The notes beneath the pieces were generated by a model. The model saw only the letters and a list, made by a program, of their open reading frames with translations. It did no database searches and was not told the DNA's origin. The translations under genes and the position numbers were made by a program. Shown one piece after another: positions 47,454-57,947 of a DNA stretch of 64,000 bases (position 1 is the stretch's first letter; each line of letters starts with the position of its first letter). Source of the DNA: Spirochaetia bacterium. Lineage in GTDB: Bacteria > Spirochaetota > Spirochaetia > UBA9216. The DNA lies in NCBI GenBank assembly GCA_965140585.1, contig OZ223264.1, forward strand, positions 320,001 through 384,000, written 5' to 3'.

Positions 47454-48455
47454 ATGCTTAAAAATGCTGTTAAGATATTTCTAAGAGATTTCAAGATAGC
47501 CAGGCGTGATTCCATGGGGATGGTAATCATGATTATGCCTCTTGTCATGGCTGTCGGTATTATCTTTTTTATTCCCGGACTCAATGATACGACTGTAAAT
47601 CTTGCGATGCTTGAATCGGATACTGCTGCACATATTGAATATATGCAGCAGTTCGCAAAGGTCACTGTTTTTGACAGTGAGGATGAACTGCTTAACCGTG
47701 TGAAAAAGCGCGATAATGTAGCCGCAATCATACCGGAAGGCAAGGGTTATGAAATAATTCTTCAGGGTAACGAGCCGGAGATAGTGGGTGAATATGCCAA
47801 AGCCCTCAATGCCCTGTATGAGCTTGGTTCGACGCAAGAGGAAACTACAGCGTCCATGTACTCATTCGGATTCACTGTCTCTCCCGTAAAAACCATGATT
47901 GTAAACATGCTGATATCCATGATAATCATGCTGTCGGGAATGCTGATAGCCATAAGTATAGTGGGTGAAAAAAGCGACAACACAATAAACGCAATTAATG
48001 TTTCGCCGACCTCCCAGACCTCATTTGTGCTTGGTAAAAGCATGATGGGCGGAATGGTTGCCATGTGTCTGATTATCTTTACTCTTATAATTAACGGTTA
48101 CTGGGACATAAACTGGATCATGATAATTCTGACAGCCTTCAGTTCGCTCATTCTTTCTCTGGTTGTCGGATTTGTTCAGGGGCTTGCCAGCGATGATGTT
48201 ATAGAAGCTGCCACAAATGTGAAGATGCTTTTTATTCCGATTGCCGGCTCGATTGCCGGTTACGAGCTCCTTTCTGACAAGTGGCAGTGGACTATGTATT
48301 GGAGTCCTTTTTACTGGGCTTACAAGGCCAACCTTCTTGTGCTTTCCAAAAGCGCTGACTGGCCGACAGTCCTGTTGTGTACGGTTATGGTTTTTGTACT
48401 GTCAATGGCTGTTTATTTTCTTGCCAGACCGAAAATAAGGGCCGGGCTAAGCTGA
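47454..48455 (+). CDS. ABC-2 permease
   Basis: EKSDNTINAINVSP...FVLGK, WSPFYW; GAGGAGG RBS. Confidence 0.87.
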   Translation: MLKNAVKIFLRDFKIARRDSMGMVIMIMPLVMAVGIIFFIPGLNDTTVNLAMLESDTAAHIEYMQQFAKVTVFDSEDELLNRVKKRDNVAAIIPEGKGYEIILQGNEPEIVGEYAKALNALYELGSTQEETTASMYSFGFTVSPVKTMIVNMLISMIIMLSGMLIAISIVGEKSDNTINAINVSPTSQTSFVLGKSMMGGMVAMCLIIFTLIINGYWDINWIMIILTAFSSLILSLVVGFVQGLASDDVIEAATNVKMLFIPIAGSIAGYELLSDKWQWTMYWSPFYWAYKANLLVLSKSADWPTVLLCTVMVFVLSMAVYFLARPKIRAGLS

Positions 48456-48483
48456 ATATATAATTTTTTCAAGGAGGATTTTT

Positions 48484-48708
48484 ATGGCTATAGGATTCTT
48501 ACTAGGCGGAATCGCCTGCATTCTGTATTTCTTCCTGGTTGGAATACTGGGCGGAATCAAGAAGGCGCCCGTACTTCTGAAGCTTGTTAAAATGAAACTT
48601 GGAAAAAACATGGGCGATGAAACCGCAGCTAAAATTTGTCTGATCTTCGGCAGTATTATAGGTGCCGGCGGAATCTTTCTTCTTGTATTCGGTGCTGTTC
48701 GGGGCTGA
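48484..48708 (+). CDS. Small two-TM membrane protein
   Basis: AGGAGG RBS, two hydrophobic helices. Confidence 0.75.
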   Translation: MAIGFLLGGIACILYFFLVGILGGIKKAPVLLKLVKMKLGKNMGDETAAKICLIFGSIIGAGGIFLLVFGAVRG

Positions 48709-48741
48709 CCGGGGGTAAGTTCCCGGCCGCCTTTTATCTGT

Positions 48742-49941
48742 CTATGCAGTCTTTTTCTTGCCGGCTGCAATAAAATAGATTGCAGAGCTGGCTACTCCGC
48801 ATATTCCCACTCCGAAGGCCATAGGCAGAAGACTCAAACCGCTGAACGCGCTCATTATTCCCGAGGCTCCGAAGGCTGTAATAAACTGGATGCTTCCGTT
48901 AATGGCCGATGCAGCTCCGGTATTTTTACCATGTCCTCTCAGCGCAAGACTGGTTGAGCCCGGAAGCATCAGTCCCAGATTGAACATGTAGCCTATGATA
49001 GGAAGCAGCAGCACTATCATAGCCGGCTTCGTAAATGAAACTGCTACTGTAAGTACTCCGAATATCAGGGCCAGAACATTTGATACATCAAAGAGCTTTT
49101 CCGGGGCGGTTTTCTTTAGCAGTATTCCGCTTAGAATATTTCCAAGCATTATTGAGACGGCAGTACCTGCAAAGACCAGTCCGTACTGAAATTCGTTTAA
49201 TCCGTACATTTTCATAAAAATAAATGGTGAGGTCGTGACATATGCAAACATACCTGCATTCATTATGTTTCTTGCCAGTGAGATTCTTAGAAATCCGGGA
49301 AATTTCAAGACCTTCCCGTAAGCTTTGAATGAGTCTGCCATAGATGCGTCCGGTCCCGGCTTTGATGTCTCCGGAATCCCGATAACAAAACTTATAAGTA
49401 CCAGAGCACCTGCTCCCAGAAGAACAGCGAATATCCCTCGCCATCCCAGGCTGTCCAGAAGGAAGCTTCCGATTGTCGGCGCAATTATTGGAGCGGTCCC
49501 CAGCACAAGCATCAGAACAGAGAATACCTGTCCTGATTTTCGGTGATCGGTATACAGGTCTGTGACAATAACCTGAGAAATTACCATTCCGGCAGAAGCT
49601 CCTATTGCCTGTGCGAACCTGAAGAATATAAACATGCCAATGCTTTTTGTGTAGGTACATCCTACACCTGCAAGCAGAAAAATCAGGAGTCCTGCAATAA
49701 GCGGTTTTTTTCTTCCGATTTTATCTGAGATTGGTCCATAGAATAACTGTCCCAGTGTTACACCGGCAAAGAATATGGAAATTGACAGCTGCACAAGCGA
49801 TGCTGTGCCTTTAAGATCAATTTCTATGAAAGGAAACGCAGGCAGATACATGTCAATAGAAAGAGGTGTAAGTGCCATTATTGCTCCTCCGATCAATGAT
49901 ACCCTGATGAGTCCCGGCATTCGAGGATTTGTGTTTTTCAT
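48742..49941 (-). CDS. Bcr/CflA MFS efflux transporter
   Basis: PLSIDMYLPAFP, GQLFYGPISDKIGRK, APIIAPTIG. Confidence 0.93.
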   Translation of the reverse strand: MKNTNPRMPGLIRVSLIGGAIMALTPLSIDMYLPAFPFIEIDLKGTASLVQLSISIFFAGVTLGQLFYGPISDKIGRKKPLIAGLLIFLLAGVGCTYTKSIGMFIFFRFAQAIGASAGMVISQVIVTDLYTDHRKSGQVFSVLMLVLGTAPIIAPTIGSFLLDSLGWRGIFAVLLGAGALVLISFVIGIPETSKPGPDASMADSFKAYGKVLKFPGFLRISLARNIMNAGMFAYVTTSPFIFMKMYGLNEFQYGLVFAGTAVSIMLGNILSGILLKKTAPEKLFDVSNVLALIFGVLTVAVSFTKPAMIVLLLPIIGYMFNLGLMLPGSTSLALRGHGKNTGAASAINGSIQFITAFGASGIMSAFSGLSLLPMAFGVGICGVASSAIYFIAAGKKKTA

Positions 49942-50045
49942 TTATTTTTCAACCTTCCATGTGTAGAATGTCTGTAATGGTTTACAAAACTACTATGAAT
50001 AATTAGTATAGCAAATCATTAGTAATGTCAATAAAGAGGAGAAAA

Positions 50046-50507
50046 ATGAAAAGGCAGCCAAGAGAATACTGGCTTCAGGCCGGACTTCCACCCTATCCGG
50101 GGTTTGAAGAATTTTTAAGTTTTCAGCTGGATAAACTGGCAGGAAGAATTCATACGGGGATATACAGAGTTCTGGGAGAATACGGGCTCATTCCTCCGCA
50201 GTATACAATAATGCTTGCATTGAAGGATGGTATAGGGGAAAACCAGGTTACGCTTGCAGAGAACCTTGGAATAGACCGTGCTTCAATGGTTAAGTTCGTC
50301 GACGGTCTTGAAAAATCCGGTTATGCTCTAAGACAGATCGGCAGTGACCGGCGTGAACGGATTGTAACAATTACTGCAGAAGGCAAGGCTGCGGTCGATG
50401 AAATTTCGCCAAGGCTTAAGACCTGTGAAAATGAGGCTGTTGCTGTCCTGGGTAAAGAGGATGAGGCAGGGTTCAGGGAGATGGTTTTAAAGCTTGTGAA
50501 GAGCTGA
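50046..50507 (+). CDS. MarR-family regulator
   Basis: NQVTLAENLGIDRASMVKFVDGLEKSG, DRR; GAGGAG RBS. Confidence 0.9.
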   Translation: MKRQPREYWLQAGLPPYPGFEEFLSFQLDKLAGRIHTGIYRVLGEYGLIPPQYTIMLALKDGIGENQVTLAENLGIDRASMVKFVDGLEKSGYALRQIGSDRRERIVTITAEGKAAVDEISPRLKTCENEAVAVLGKEDEAGFREMVLKLVKS

Positions 50508-50508
50508 T

Positions 50509-51723
50509 TTACCGGTTTTTCTTGATAGTTTCTGAAAATATTTCTGATGAAAAGATATGATCAAGGATTAGGGTTCCTGAGCCTGTGGGGCCGGACTTGT
50601 CCCTTAATTCGGAAACACAGACTGTGAGCTCATATGTAGCAAGGTGCAGCGAACGCCGTATAACAGCTTCTCTTATTGCACCAACAAAGTGGTTGCCGAA
50701 TCCGGCCAAGCCTCCGCCTATAACTATAAACGACGGATTAAAGAAATTTACAAGTTTAGCGCTTACTTCACCTACAGCAGCACCGGCTTTCTTGATTACC
50801 TGAATGCAGGCAAGATCTCCGGCGATTGCTCCGTTATTGATATCGGCTGCAGTAAGTTTCGGTTTAGTCTGTACCAGCTTTGCAAGGTATTTGCTTTCGC
50901 CTGCCTTACCCATTTCTGTTGCAATTTTTCCAAGAGCCTTTCCTCCGGCTACCGCTTCAAGGCAGCCGATATTTCCGCACTGGCACTGAACATCGCTTCC
51001 ATTTACTGCTATATGCCCGATATCACCCGCGCATCCGTTGGCCCCCCTGTATATCTTGCCGTCGACTATCAGTCCTGAGCCGATACCAGTACCTATCTTA
51101 ATGAACAGAAAGTCAGATTCATTCTGGGTGCATCCTTTGTAGCTTTCACCCAGGGCCATTACGTTTACATCGTTATCAACAAGTACCGGACATCCGAATT
51201 CATTTTCATAAAGGTCCTTAAGCGGGTAGTCATGCCAGAGGGGAACATTCGGCGGCGAGTCAGGTTTTCCTTCCTTGAAGTTTACCGGAAAGGGAAAACC
51301 GATACCGATTCCCCAGAGTCTGTGTATATTATTATTTTCACAAAGCATTTTCAGCTGTCTGATTATTTCTTCATTGGTTGATTCCGGATCGCTGATGCTG
51401 TCAAAGACAAATTCCGACTCGGCTACTATGTGCATATCAAGGCTGAATATTGCCATGCTGAGTTTGGTGATTCCCAGAAAAACGCCTGCGACATGTCCGA
51501 TATTTTCACATATTTTCAGCTTCAGCTTTCTCTGGCTGCTGTCGCAGGGCGCAATCTCTTCAATGAGGCCGAGTTTGATCAGCTTGTTGATCTGGAGTGA
51601 GATTGTTGACTTTGAGACCCCGCTCATTTTGGTTAATCCCATCCTGTTGATTTCACCGGTGGTGCGAATAATGTTGTATATAAGCGATGTTGTATTGGGA
51701 GTTATCAGTTCAGCCTTATTCAT
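50509..51723 (-). CDS. ROK-family repressor
   Basis: N-terminal HTH, DNDVN, GTGIGSG, GDIGH..CQCGNIGCLE. Confidence 0.93.
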   Translation of the reverse strand: MNKAELITPNTTSLIYNIIRTTGEINRMGLTKMSGVSKSTISLQINKLIKLGLIEEIAPCDSSQRKLKLKICENIGHVAGVFLGITKLSMAIFSLDMHIVAESEFVFDSISDPESTNEEIIRQLKMLCENNNIHRLWGIGIGFPFPVNFKEGKPDSPPNVPLWHDYPLKDLYENEFGCPVLVDNDVNVMALGESYKGCTQNESDFLFIKIGTGIGSGLIVDGKIYRGANGCAGDIGHIAVNGSDVQCQCGNIGCLEAVAGGKALGKIATEMGKAGESKYLAKLVQTKPKLTAADINNGAIAGDLACIQVIKKAGAAVGEVSAKLVNFFNPSFIVIGGGLAGFGNHFVGAIREAVIRRSLHLATYELTVCVSELRDKSGPTGSGTLILDHIFSSEIFSETIKKNR

Positions 51724-51780
51724 AATATTGAGACTATAGTATCAGGAATTGGGAAAATCAACAAGTTCTTCTTGCGACAA

Positions 51781-51835
51781 TTATGTTTAATGATAAAACA
51801 AAAAGGTTGACAGTTGGAACATACAGGGTTACAAT
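51781..51835 (+). promoter_or_regulatory. Sigma70 promoter and probable ROK operator
   Basis: TTGACA(51807)-17-TACAAT(51830); upstream TTATGTTT-N7-AAACAAAA palindrome. Confidence 0.7.
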
Positions 51836-51865
51836 CAGGATAAATACAACCAAAGGACAAACTAA

Positions 51866-53023
51866 ATGGGTAGACTTAAGGTAGCTGTGATTGGCACCGG
51901 TTATATCGGGCCTGTTCATGCAGAAGCAGTTAGAAGGAATGCCGGGCTTGCGGAACTTGCCGCTATTGCTGGAGTATCCGAAGCCGAAGCTAAAGAAGCC
52001 GCAGTAAAACTGAATGTCCCTTTTCATACCGGAGATTACAGGGAGATTCTGAAACGTGATGATATTGATGTAGTACACATCTGTACTCCGAACTTCCTTC
52101 ATTATTCAATGGTGAAGGAAGCTCTTGAGCACGGGAAGAGCGTAATCTGTGAAAAGCCGCTTACGCTTACATCAGCTGAAGCGCGTGAACTTGTTGCGCT
52201 TGCGGAATCCAGGGGGATAAAAGCAGCTGTAAACTATAATCTTCGTTATTATCCTATGATTCAGGAAATGAAGGAAAGAAATACAGAAAAATCAGCCGGA
52301 GAAGTTTTTGCAATACAGGGCTGTTATCTACAGGACTGGCTTCAGTACGAGACCGACTACAGCTGGAGGCTCGAATCAAAACTGAGCGGTAAATCGAGAG
52401 CTGTGGCCGACATCGGAACTCACTGGATGGATATGGCCCAGTATATTACCGGATTAAAAATTAAATCTGTATTTGCGCAGTTCAGCAGAATGTATGATAC
52501 CCGAAAGAAGAGCGCAGACGGAAAAGACCTTACATTTGATAAAGGAACCTCAAAGGATACATCAGCATATGTTTCGTATGAGGTTGATACCGAGGATTAC
52601 GCACAGATTCTTTTCAAGTTTGAAAATAATGTGTTTGGAAATCTTACGGTAAGCCAGGTTTCTGCCGGTTTTAAAAATTTCATGGAGTTCAGACAGATGG
52701 GAACCAAAGCTTCATTTTCCTGGAATTCTGAAGAACCCAACCTCATAAAAATCGGGCACAGGAATGCCGCTAACGAGATTCTGATGAAAGACCCCTCGTT
52801 AATGCATGATCATGCGGCCACTATGTCCGGCTATCCGGGCGGGCATCAGGAAGGTTACGGCGATACTCTGAAATGGGTTTTGCGTGAATTTTACTCTGAC
52901 CTTCTTGGTGTAGATATGGGCTCAGCCCCCGACTATCCGACTCTCAAAGACGGTCTGTCGGAAATGCTGCTCTGTGAAGCTGTAATTAAGAGTGTTGAAA
53001 CTGATTCCTGGGTAGAGGTTTAA
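51866..53023 (+). CDS. Gfo/Idh/MocA NAD-dependent oxidoreductase
   Basis: GTGYIG, CTPNFLH, CEKPL, YLQDW, ADIGTHW, PGGHQEGY. Confidence 0.93.
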   Translation: MGRLKVAVIGTGYIGPVHAEAVRRNAGLAELAAIAGVSEAEAKEAAVKLNVPFHTGDYREILKRDDIDVVHICTPNFLHYSMVKEALEHGKSVICEKPLTLTSAEARELVALAESRGIKAAVNYNLRYYPMIQEMKERNTEKSAGEVFAIQGCYLQDWLQYETDYSWRLESKLSGKSRAVADIGTHWMDMAQYITGLKIKSVFAQFSRMYDTRKKSADGKDLTFDKGTSKDTSAYVSYEVDTEDYAQILFKFENNVFGNLTVSQVSAGFKNFMEFRQMGTKASFSWNSEEPNLIKIGHRNAANEILMKDPSLMHDHAATMSGYPGGHQEGYGDTLKWVLREFYSDLLGVDMGSAPDYPTLKDGLSEMLLCEAVIKSVETDSWVEV

Positions 53024-53025
53024 TA

Positions 53026-54159
53026 ATGAATAATCCTGTATGGATGATGAGTTCTGCCTTTCCTGACCGAAGCCTCCCTCAGCTGATTGAAACATCGCTC
53101 AAGATAGGTCTTCAGGGATTAGAGCTTTGTGTTTTCAGCAAGGACGGCACACGTGAAGACCATGTCGCAACCCACCTTGAATATGAGGGCTTCAATTCTG
53201 ATGAGGCAAAAAAAATACTCGAACTTTTCAATATCAGCGGACTCCGCTTTTCAATAGGTGCTTTTGAGAATTTAGTAGGCGGTGATGAAGCTCAGAGAGT
53301 CCATAATCAGAATCATCTTTTAAAGCTTATAAGAATGGCAGCTCTTCTGGGCGGTGACAGCAATGGAGTAACTGTTGGTTCTTTTGTCGGATACAATCAT
53401 GAATGGGATCTTGAAGACGGTTCATTTGAAAAGAACCTGATGGAGTACAAAAGAGTTTTTACTCCGATAATCAAGTATGCTGAAGATCTTGGTGTGACAG
53501 TTGTTTATGAAAACTGTCCGATGGAAGGCTGGAGACCGGCCGGGCAGTACGGAACAATGAATAACCTGTGTTCAACCCTCGCAGCGCGAAAACTTATGTA
53601 CAGCCTTATTCCAAGTAAGGCTCACGGTGAAACCTATGACCCAAGTCATGATGTATGGCAGTTTGTTGATCCGGTAGATGTCTTAAAAAATATGGATATG
53701 AGCAGGCTCAAAGCTGTACACCTTAAAACCACAAGAATGAAAAATGACGCCGGTGCAATTCACTGGGGACATGTATATGGAAAGCAGCTGATCTCAAAAG
53801 AACTTGCTGATGCCGCCGGTATCCCTTCGGCTGCCCATGAATGGGACAGGTTCTCATATGAACCGATGGTTCCGGGGTTCGGCGGGTCTGACTCTATGGA
53901 CTGGCGGGCCTTTACTGATTATCTGATGCAGAGCGGCTATGGCGGAGTTTTCTCTATTGAGAATGAAGGCGCCAACTCAAAGGGTACAGATAATGATGCA
54001 GCTATTGAACAGGGTTTCTCTTCCTGCCTTTCATTTATGAAACCGATGATCTGGCCGCTTACAGCGGACAAGGGTTACAGCTGCAGTAAACCGGAAGCAC
54101 TTAAAATACCGCAGGCGATGGATCTGCCTGTGGTTTCAATGAAGGATTTAACAGCCTGA
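53026..54159 (+). CDS. Sugar phosphate isomerase/epimerase TIM-barrel protein
   Basis: YENCPMEGW, YDPSH, VHLK, PGFG..DW, SIENE. Confidence 0.85.
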   Translation: MNNPVWMMSSAFPDRSLPQLIETSLKIGLQGLELCVFSKDGTREDHVATHLEYEGFNSDEAKKILELFNISGLRFSIGAFENLVGGDEAQRVHNQNHLLKLIRMAALLGGDSNGVTVGSFVGYNHEWDLEDGSFEKNLMEYKRVFTPIIKYAEDLGVTVVYENCPMEGWRPAGQYGTMNNLCSTLAARKLMYSLIPSKAHGETYDPSHDVWQFVDPVDVLKNMDMSRLKAVHLKTTRMKNDAGAIHWGHVYGKQLISKELADAAGIPSAAHEWDRFSYEPMVPGFGGSDSMDWRAFTDYLMQSGYGGVFSIENEGANSKGTDNDAAIEQGFSSCLSFMKPMIWPLTADKGYSCSKPEALKIPQAMDLPVVSMKDLTA

Positions 54160-54216
54160 AAAGACTGGATAAATAAAGATTAAAGAATTCAGTGAATTCT
54201 GAAAAGGAGCGAAAAA

Positions 54217-55224
54217 ATGAAAAAACTGATTGCGTTCTTACTGGTTCTTGCTGTTGCAGGAACTGCCGTAGTTTTCGCAGGCGGGCAGAAGGAAAGCGGT
54301 GCTAAAAAAATTGCCGTTATTATGCCGAGCGCTGACCATGGCTTTCTGGGAGAAAGTATCAAACATGCTGAACATGCAACAAAGGGTCTTGCAGAAGCTG
54401 CAGGATATGAGCATGTGTTTCTTGTGTCTGATGACGTAGTTGAGCAGGCAAACCAGATTGACACTGTAGTTGCTCAGGGTGCTGACGTTGTAGTTCTCTG
54501 GCCTCACAACGGTGATGAACTTAAAGCCGCTGCACAGACTATTGTAGATGCCGGAATTCCGCTGATTATCTATGACAGACTTATTTCAAATTTTGATGAA
54601 ACCGCAGAGCTGATGGGTGACAACTTCACTATCGGTGAAGACTCAGGTCTTTATTTCAATGAATACTTCAAAGACGAACTTGCAAAGGGTAAAGTTAACA
54701 TGCTCGAGTTCAAGGGTGATAATTCAAGTGTTCCCAAGCAGAGATCTGACGGATTCTGGAAAACAGCAAGTCCCAACTTTGTACGTGTAAATGACTATGT
54801 TACAAACTGGAGCAAGGATACTGCTCAGACACAGCTTGAAACATTCCTCAGTTCAAGTACCAAGGAAGAAGTTGAAAGTATCAGGGCTATCTTTAACCAT
54901 GATGCTGATGTAGCTTTTGGACTTCTTGCAGCAATTGAAGGTTATGACGGAGATGCAGATCTGAACATCAAACTTGTTTCAGCTGTAAGTGCTCCAAGAG
55001 AGCTTCTCGATGTTTATGACCACTACAAAGAAATCGGAATCGATATCGTTACCTTCTCATTCTCACCTGCTATGGTAGTAGATGCTATCCAGCTCGGAAT
55101 TGATGTTCTTGATGGAAAAGATGTTTCGGGTATGCATCTTGTTCCTACAGAGATGGTTGATAACAGTAACTATAAAGAATTCAAGAAGGGCCCGGTTTAC
55201 ACCCTGCGATATTCTTTTTATTAG
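54217..55224 (+). CDS. Sugar ABC transporter substrate-binding protein
   Basis: Signal ..FAGGQKE; PSADHGF, GIPLIIYDR, RSDGF (RbsB-like). Confidence 0.9.
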   Translation: MKKLIAFLLVLAVAGTAVVFAGGQKESGAKKIAVIMPSADHGFLGESIKHAEHATKGLAEAAGYEHVFLVSDDVVEQANQIDTVVAQGADVVVLWPHNGDELKAAAQTIVDAGIPLIIYDRLISNFDETAELMGDNFTIGEDSGLYFNEYFKDELAKGKVNMLEFKGDNSSVPKQRSDGFWKTASPNFVRVNDYVTNWSKDTAQTQLETFLSSSTKEEVESIRAIFNHDADVAFGLLAAIEGYDGDADLNIKLVSAVSAPRELLDVYDHYKEIGIDIVTFSFSPAMVVDAIQLGIDVLDGKDVSGMHLVPTEMVDNSNYKEFKKGPVYTLRYSFY

Positions 55225-55231
55225 ACTTAAT

Positions 55232-55264
55232 AAAATGGCCGGTGCTTAGTTACCGGCCATTTTT
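55232..55264 (+). terminator. Intra-operon hairpin after the SBP gene
   Basis: AAAATGGCCGGT-N8-ACCGGCCATTTT. Confidence 0.7.
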
Positions 55265-55282
55265 CTCAGGAAGGGATTTTCA

Positions 55283-56782
55283 ATGCACTTAGAGATGAAA
55301 AACATTTATAAAAGTTTTGATGCGGTTAAGGCAGTTCAAGATGTTTCTCTTACAGTAGGAGATTCGGAAATCCACGGACTCCTTGGTGAGAACGGAGCCG
55401 GTAAGTCGACATTAATGAATGTCCTTGGAGGAATCCTTAGACAGGATTCCGGAAAAATACTGATTGACGGTGAAGACCACTCACATTTAACTCCTGTCAA
55501 ATCTGCACATGCAGGTATAAGGTTTATTCATCAGGAATTAAACCTTGTTAATGACCTGAAAGTTTATGAAAACCTTTTTCTGCATAACGAGCTGACCTAT
55601 GCCGGATTTATTCAGAAAAAGAAAGAGATGATAAAAAAATCTGAAGTAATCCTTAAAAAGATGAAGCTTGATATAGATCCCAACGAATATCTGCGTAATC
55701 TTGATACATCCAGAAAACAGCTTGTTGAAATTGCAAGAGCACTGCTGTTTGACTGCAAATTGATAATAATGGATGAGCCGACTACGGCACTTAATAATGA
55801 AGAAATAAATAACCTTTTTGAAATTATGCGCGGACTCAAATCTGAGGGAATAAGCTGCATCTATATTTCACATAAGATGCCAGAGTTGTTTGAGATTTGT
55901 GATCGCTACACGGTTATGAGAGACGGTAAATTTGTTGCCACTGGAAATTTTGCTGATATTAATGAACAGCAGGCCACCGAGATGCTGGTTGGAAGAAGTC
56001 TTAATGATGAAGTTGTAGAAAAAACTAATGTTGTAGATCAGGATGCTGTAGTCATGGACGTGCAGGATCTCAGCTGTGGAGAACATTTTAAAAATATAAA
56101 TTTTTCACTCCATAAGGGTGAAATTGTTGCAGTGACCGGACTTTTCGGAGATGGAAGAGGCGAGCTGAGTGAATGTCTTTTCGGAGCCCGTAAGATTACC
56201 GGCGGAAAGATTTTACTCAACGGTAAGGAAATACAGTCTGCCTCAATTCTGAAAGTAATGAAGTCCGGGGTTTCGATGGTTCCCCGAAATAGAAAGGAAC
56301 GATCCATTCTAAAGGATCTTTCTATCAAGGATAACCTTTCGATGGCTTTTTTTACCAGCAAGCATAATAAAATTTATATAAGCGATAAAGAAGAACGGGA
56401 ACGTTTTGAAGACAGCAAAAAAATTACAAATATTAAAGCCGCAGATCCTGAGCATTTGATTACTTCTTTAAGCGGCGGAAATCAGCAGAAAGTTATATTC
56501 TCCCGCTGGTTTGGACTGGATTCGGATGTCTATATCCTGGATAACCCTACTCAGGGAATCGATGTCGGGGCGAAATTTGAAATATACCAATTGATTACCA
56601 AATTGGCGGAAGCGGGGAAGAGTGTTCTGGTTTTCAGTTCCGAATACCCGGAAATCTACAAAATTTCCGACCGTTGTCTGGTGATGTATAAAGGGGAAAT
56701 AAATAAGGAACTTCTCCGAAGTGAACTCAATGAAATTGATGTTATGTATTATGCAACCGGATCAAACAGGAAGGTGGGATAG
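55283..56782 (+). CDS. Sugar ABC transporter ATPase (RbsA-like)
   Basis: GENGAGKST, MDEPT, YISHK, LSGGNQQK. Confidence 0.93.
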   Translation: MHLEMKNIYKSFDAVKAVQDVSLTVGDSEIHGLLGENGAGKSTLMNVLGGILRQDSGKILIDGEDHSHLTPVKSAHAGIRFIHQELNLVNDLKVYENLFLHNELTYAGFIQKKKEMIKKSEVILKKMKLDIDPNEYLRNLDTSRKQLVEIARALLFDCKLIIMDEPTTALNNEEINNLFEIMRGLKSEGISCIYISHKMPELFEICDRYTVMRDGKFVATGNFADINEQQATEMLVGRSLNDEVVEKTNVVDQDAVVMDVQDLSCGEHFKNINFSLHKGEIVAVTGLFGDGRGELSECLFGARKITGGKILLNGKEIQSASILKVMKSGVSMVPRNRKERSILKDLSIKDNLSMAFFTSKHNKIYISDKEERERFEDSKKITNIKAADPEHLITSLSGGNQQKVIFSRWFGLDSDVYILDNPTQGIDVGAKFEIYQLITKLAEAGKSVLVFSSEYPEIYKISDRCLVMYKGEINKELLRSELNEIDVMYYATGSNRKVG

Positions 56783-56785
56783 GAA

Positions 56786-57781
56786 ATGGATACAGTAATA
56801 AAGAACGAACGAAAAGAAAAAATAACACTTTTATTGAAGAAGCTTGTAATTGATCATAATTATATTCTGTCGCTTATTCTCCTTTTGCTAATTGGACGAA
56901 TTGCAAGTGACCAGTTTCTTTCAGCAGCCAGTCTTATAAACCTGCTTAAATCTTCGGTTTTTATTGGAATAATTGCACTTGGAATGTCCCTTGTAATTAT
57001 ATCAGGCAATATAGATCTGTCGGTTGGTTCAATCCTTGGACTTACTGCAGCAATAGGTGTTGTCGTCTTTAACTCGACAAGCAGCATTCTGCTTACATTG
57101 GCTACAACTGTCGGAATGGGGCTGGTCCTGGGACTGTTCAACGGACTGTTTGTCGGAATAGCCAATGTTGCGGCATTTATTGTCACGCTGGCTACTCTTG
57201 TTGGTTATCGGTCAATCACAATACAGTTCGGTGACGGCGGTCCTCAGATTGTCAACAATGATACATACTTCGATATTCTCCGGCCTATTGGCTATGGAAA
57301 ACTCGGGCCGATTCCGTTTCTGGTAATAATTTTTATACTGATCACTCTTGCTGTCTGGTTTCTGATGACAAAGACGAAGTTCGGACGCTATGTCTATGCA
57401 ATAGGTTCAAATGAAAGAGCCGCCCGATTAACTGGTATTAATGTAAAACTTGTAAAGGTCTCAATCTTCACCATAACCGGGATTTTGACCGGTATAGCCG
57501 GTTTTCTGTACATTACGCGTTTCGGCTCTGTGGACGTTGCAACTGCAGGAAAAGGTTTTGAACTGGATGTTATTGCAGCTGTCGCAATAGGCGGTACTTC
57601 AATGGCGGGCGGCCGCGGTCGTATACAGGGTTCATTTTTTGGTGCTGTCATTCTGTATGCTATTGATGCAATTCTTTCAGCATTCCAGGTGCCGGCCTTT
57701 GTAAACGATCTCATAAAGGGAATATTAATCCTTGGTGCTGTTCTTCTGCAGAAAGCACTTGATAAGGAAAGAACTGAATAA
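56786..57781 (+). CDS. Sugar ABC permease (RbsC-like)
   Basis: GNIDLSVG, FGRYVYAIGSN, ELDVIAAVAIGGTS. Confidence 0.93.
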   Translation: MDTVIKNERKEKITLLLKKLVIDHNYILSLILLLLIGRIASDQFLSAASLINLLKSSVFIGIIALGMSLVIISGNIDLSVGSILGLTAAIGVVVFNSTSSILLTLATTVGMGLVLGLFNGLFVGIANVAAFIVTLATLVGYRSITIQFGDGGPQIVNNDTYFDILRPIGYGKLGPIPFLVIIFILITLAVWFLMTKTKFGRYVYAIGSNERAARLTGINVKLVKVSIFTITGILTGIAGFLYITRFGSVDVATAGKGFELDVIAAVAIGGTSMAGGRGRIQGSFFGAVILYAIDAILSAFQVPAFVNDLIKGILILGAVLLQKALDKERTE

Positions 57782-57833
57782 ACTCAGGTCCGGTAAAATT
57801 CTGACCATCTGAATTTCTCCTCCTTTTTATTTT

Positions 57834-57871
57834 TCCTCATCCGGGTTGAAGCGCCCGATGAGGATTTTTTT
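57834..57871 (+). terminator. Intrinsic terminator of the sugar operon
   Basis: TCCTCATCCGGG...CCCGATGAGGA followed by T7. Confidence 0.75.
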
Positions 57872-57878
57872 GAAATTA

Positions 57879-57930
57879 ATGTAACCGTGTGGTAACATAT
57901 TTATATAACCAATGGGTTATATAAATATGT
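57879..57930. promoter_or_regulatory. Tandem TetR operators including a perfect 16-bp-arm palindrome
   Basis: ACATATTTATATAACC-AATG-GGTTATATAAATATGT (57895-57930) and ATGTAACC-GTGT-GGTAACAT (57879-57898). Confidence 0.75.
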
Positions 57931-57947
57931 GTATAACAGGGATAAAA

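Noticed and set aside
49088-49660. 190-aa alternative-frame ORF within the Bcr/CflA gene
   Set aside because: Overlaps a well-supported MFS gene; Arg/Cys-rich off-frame composition.
57912-57947. Upstream ATG for the TetR gene
   Set aside because: It lies inside the operator palindrome; 57948 gives the typical family N-terminus.
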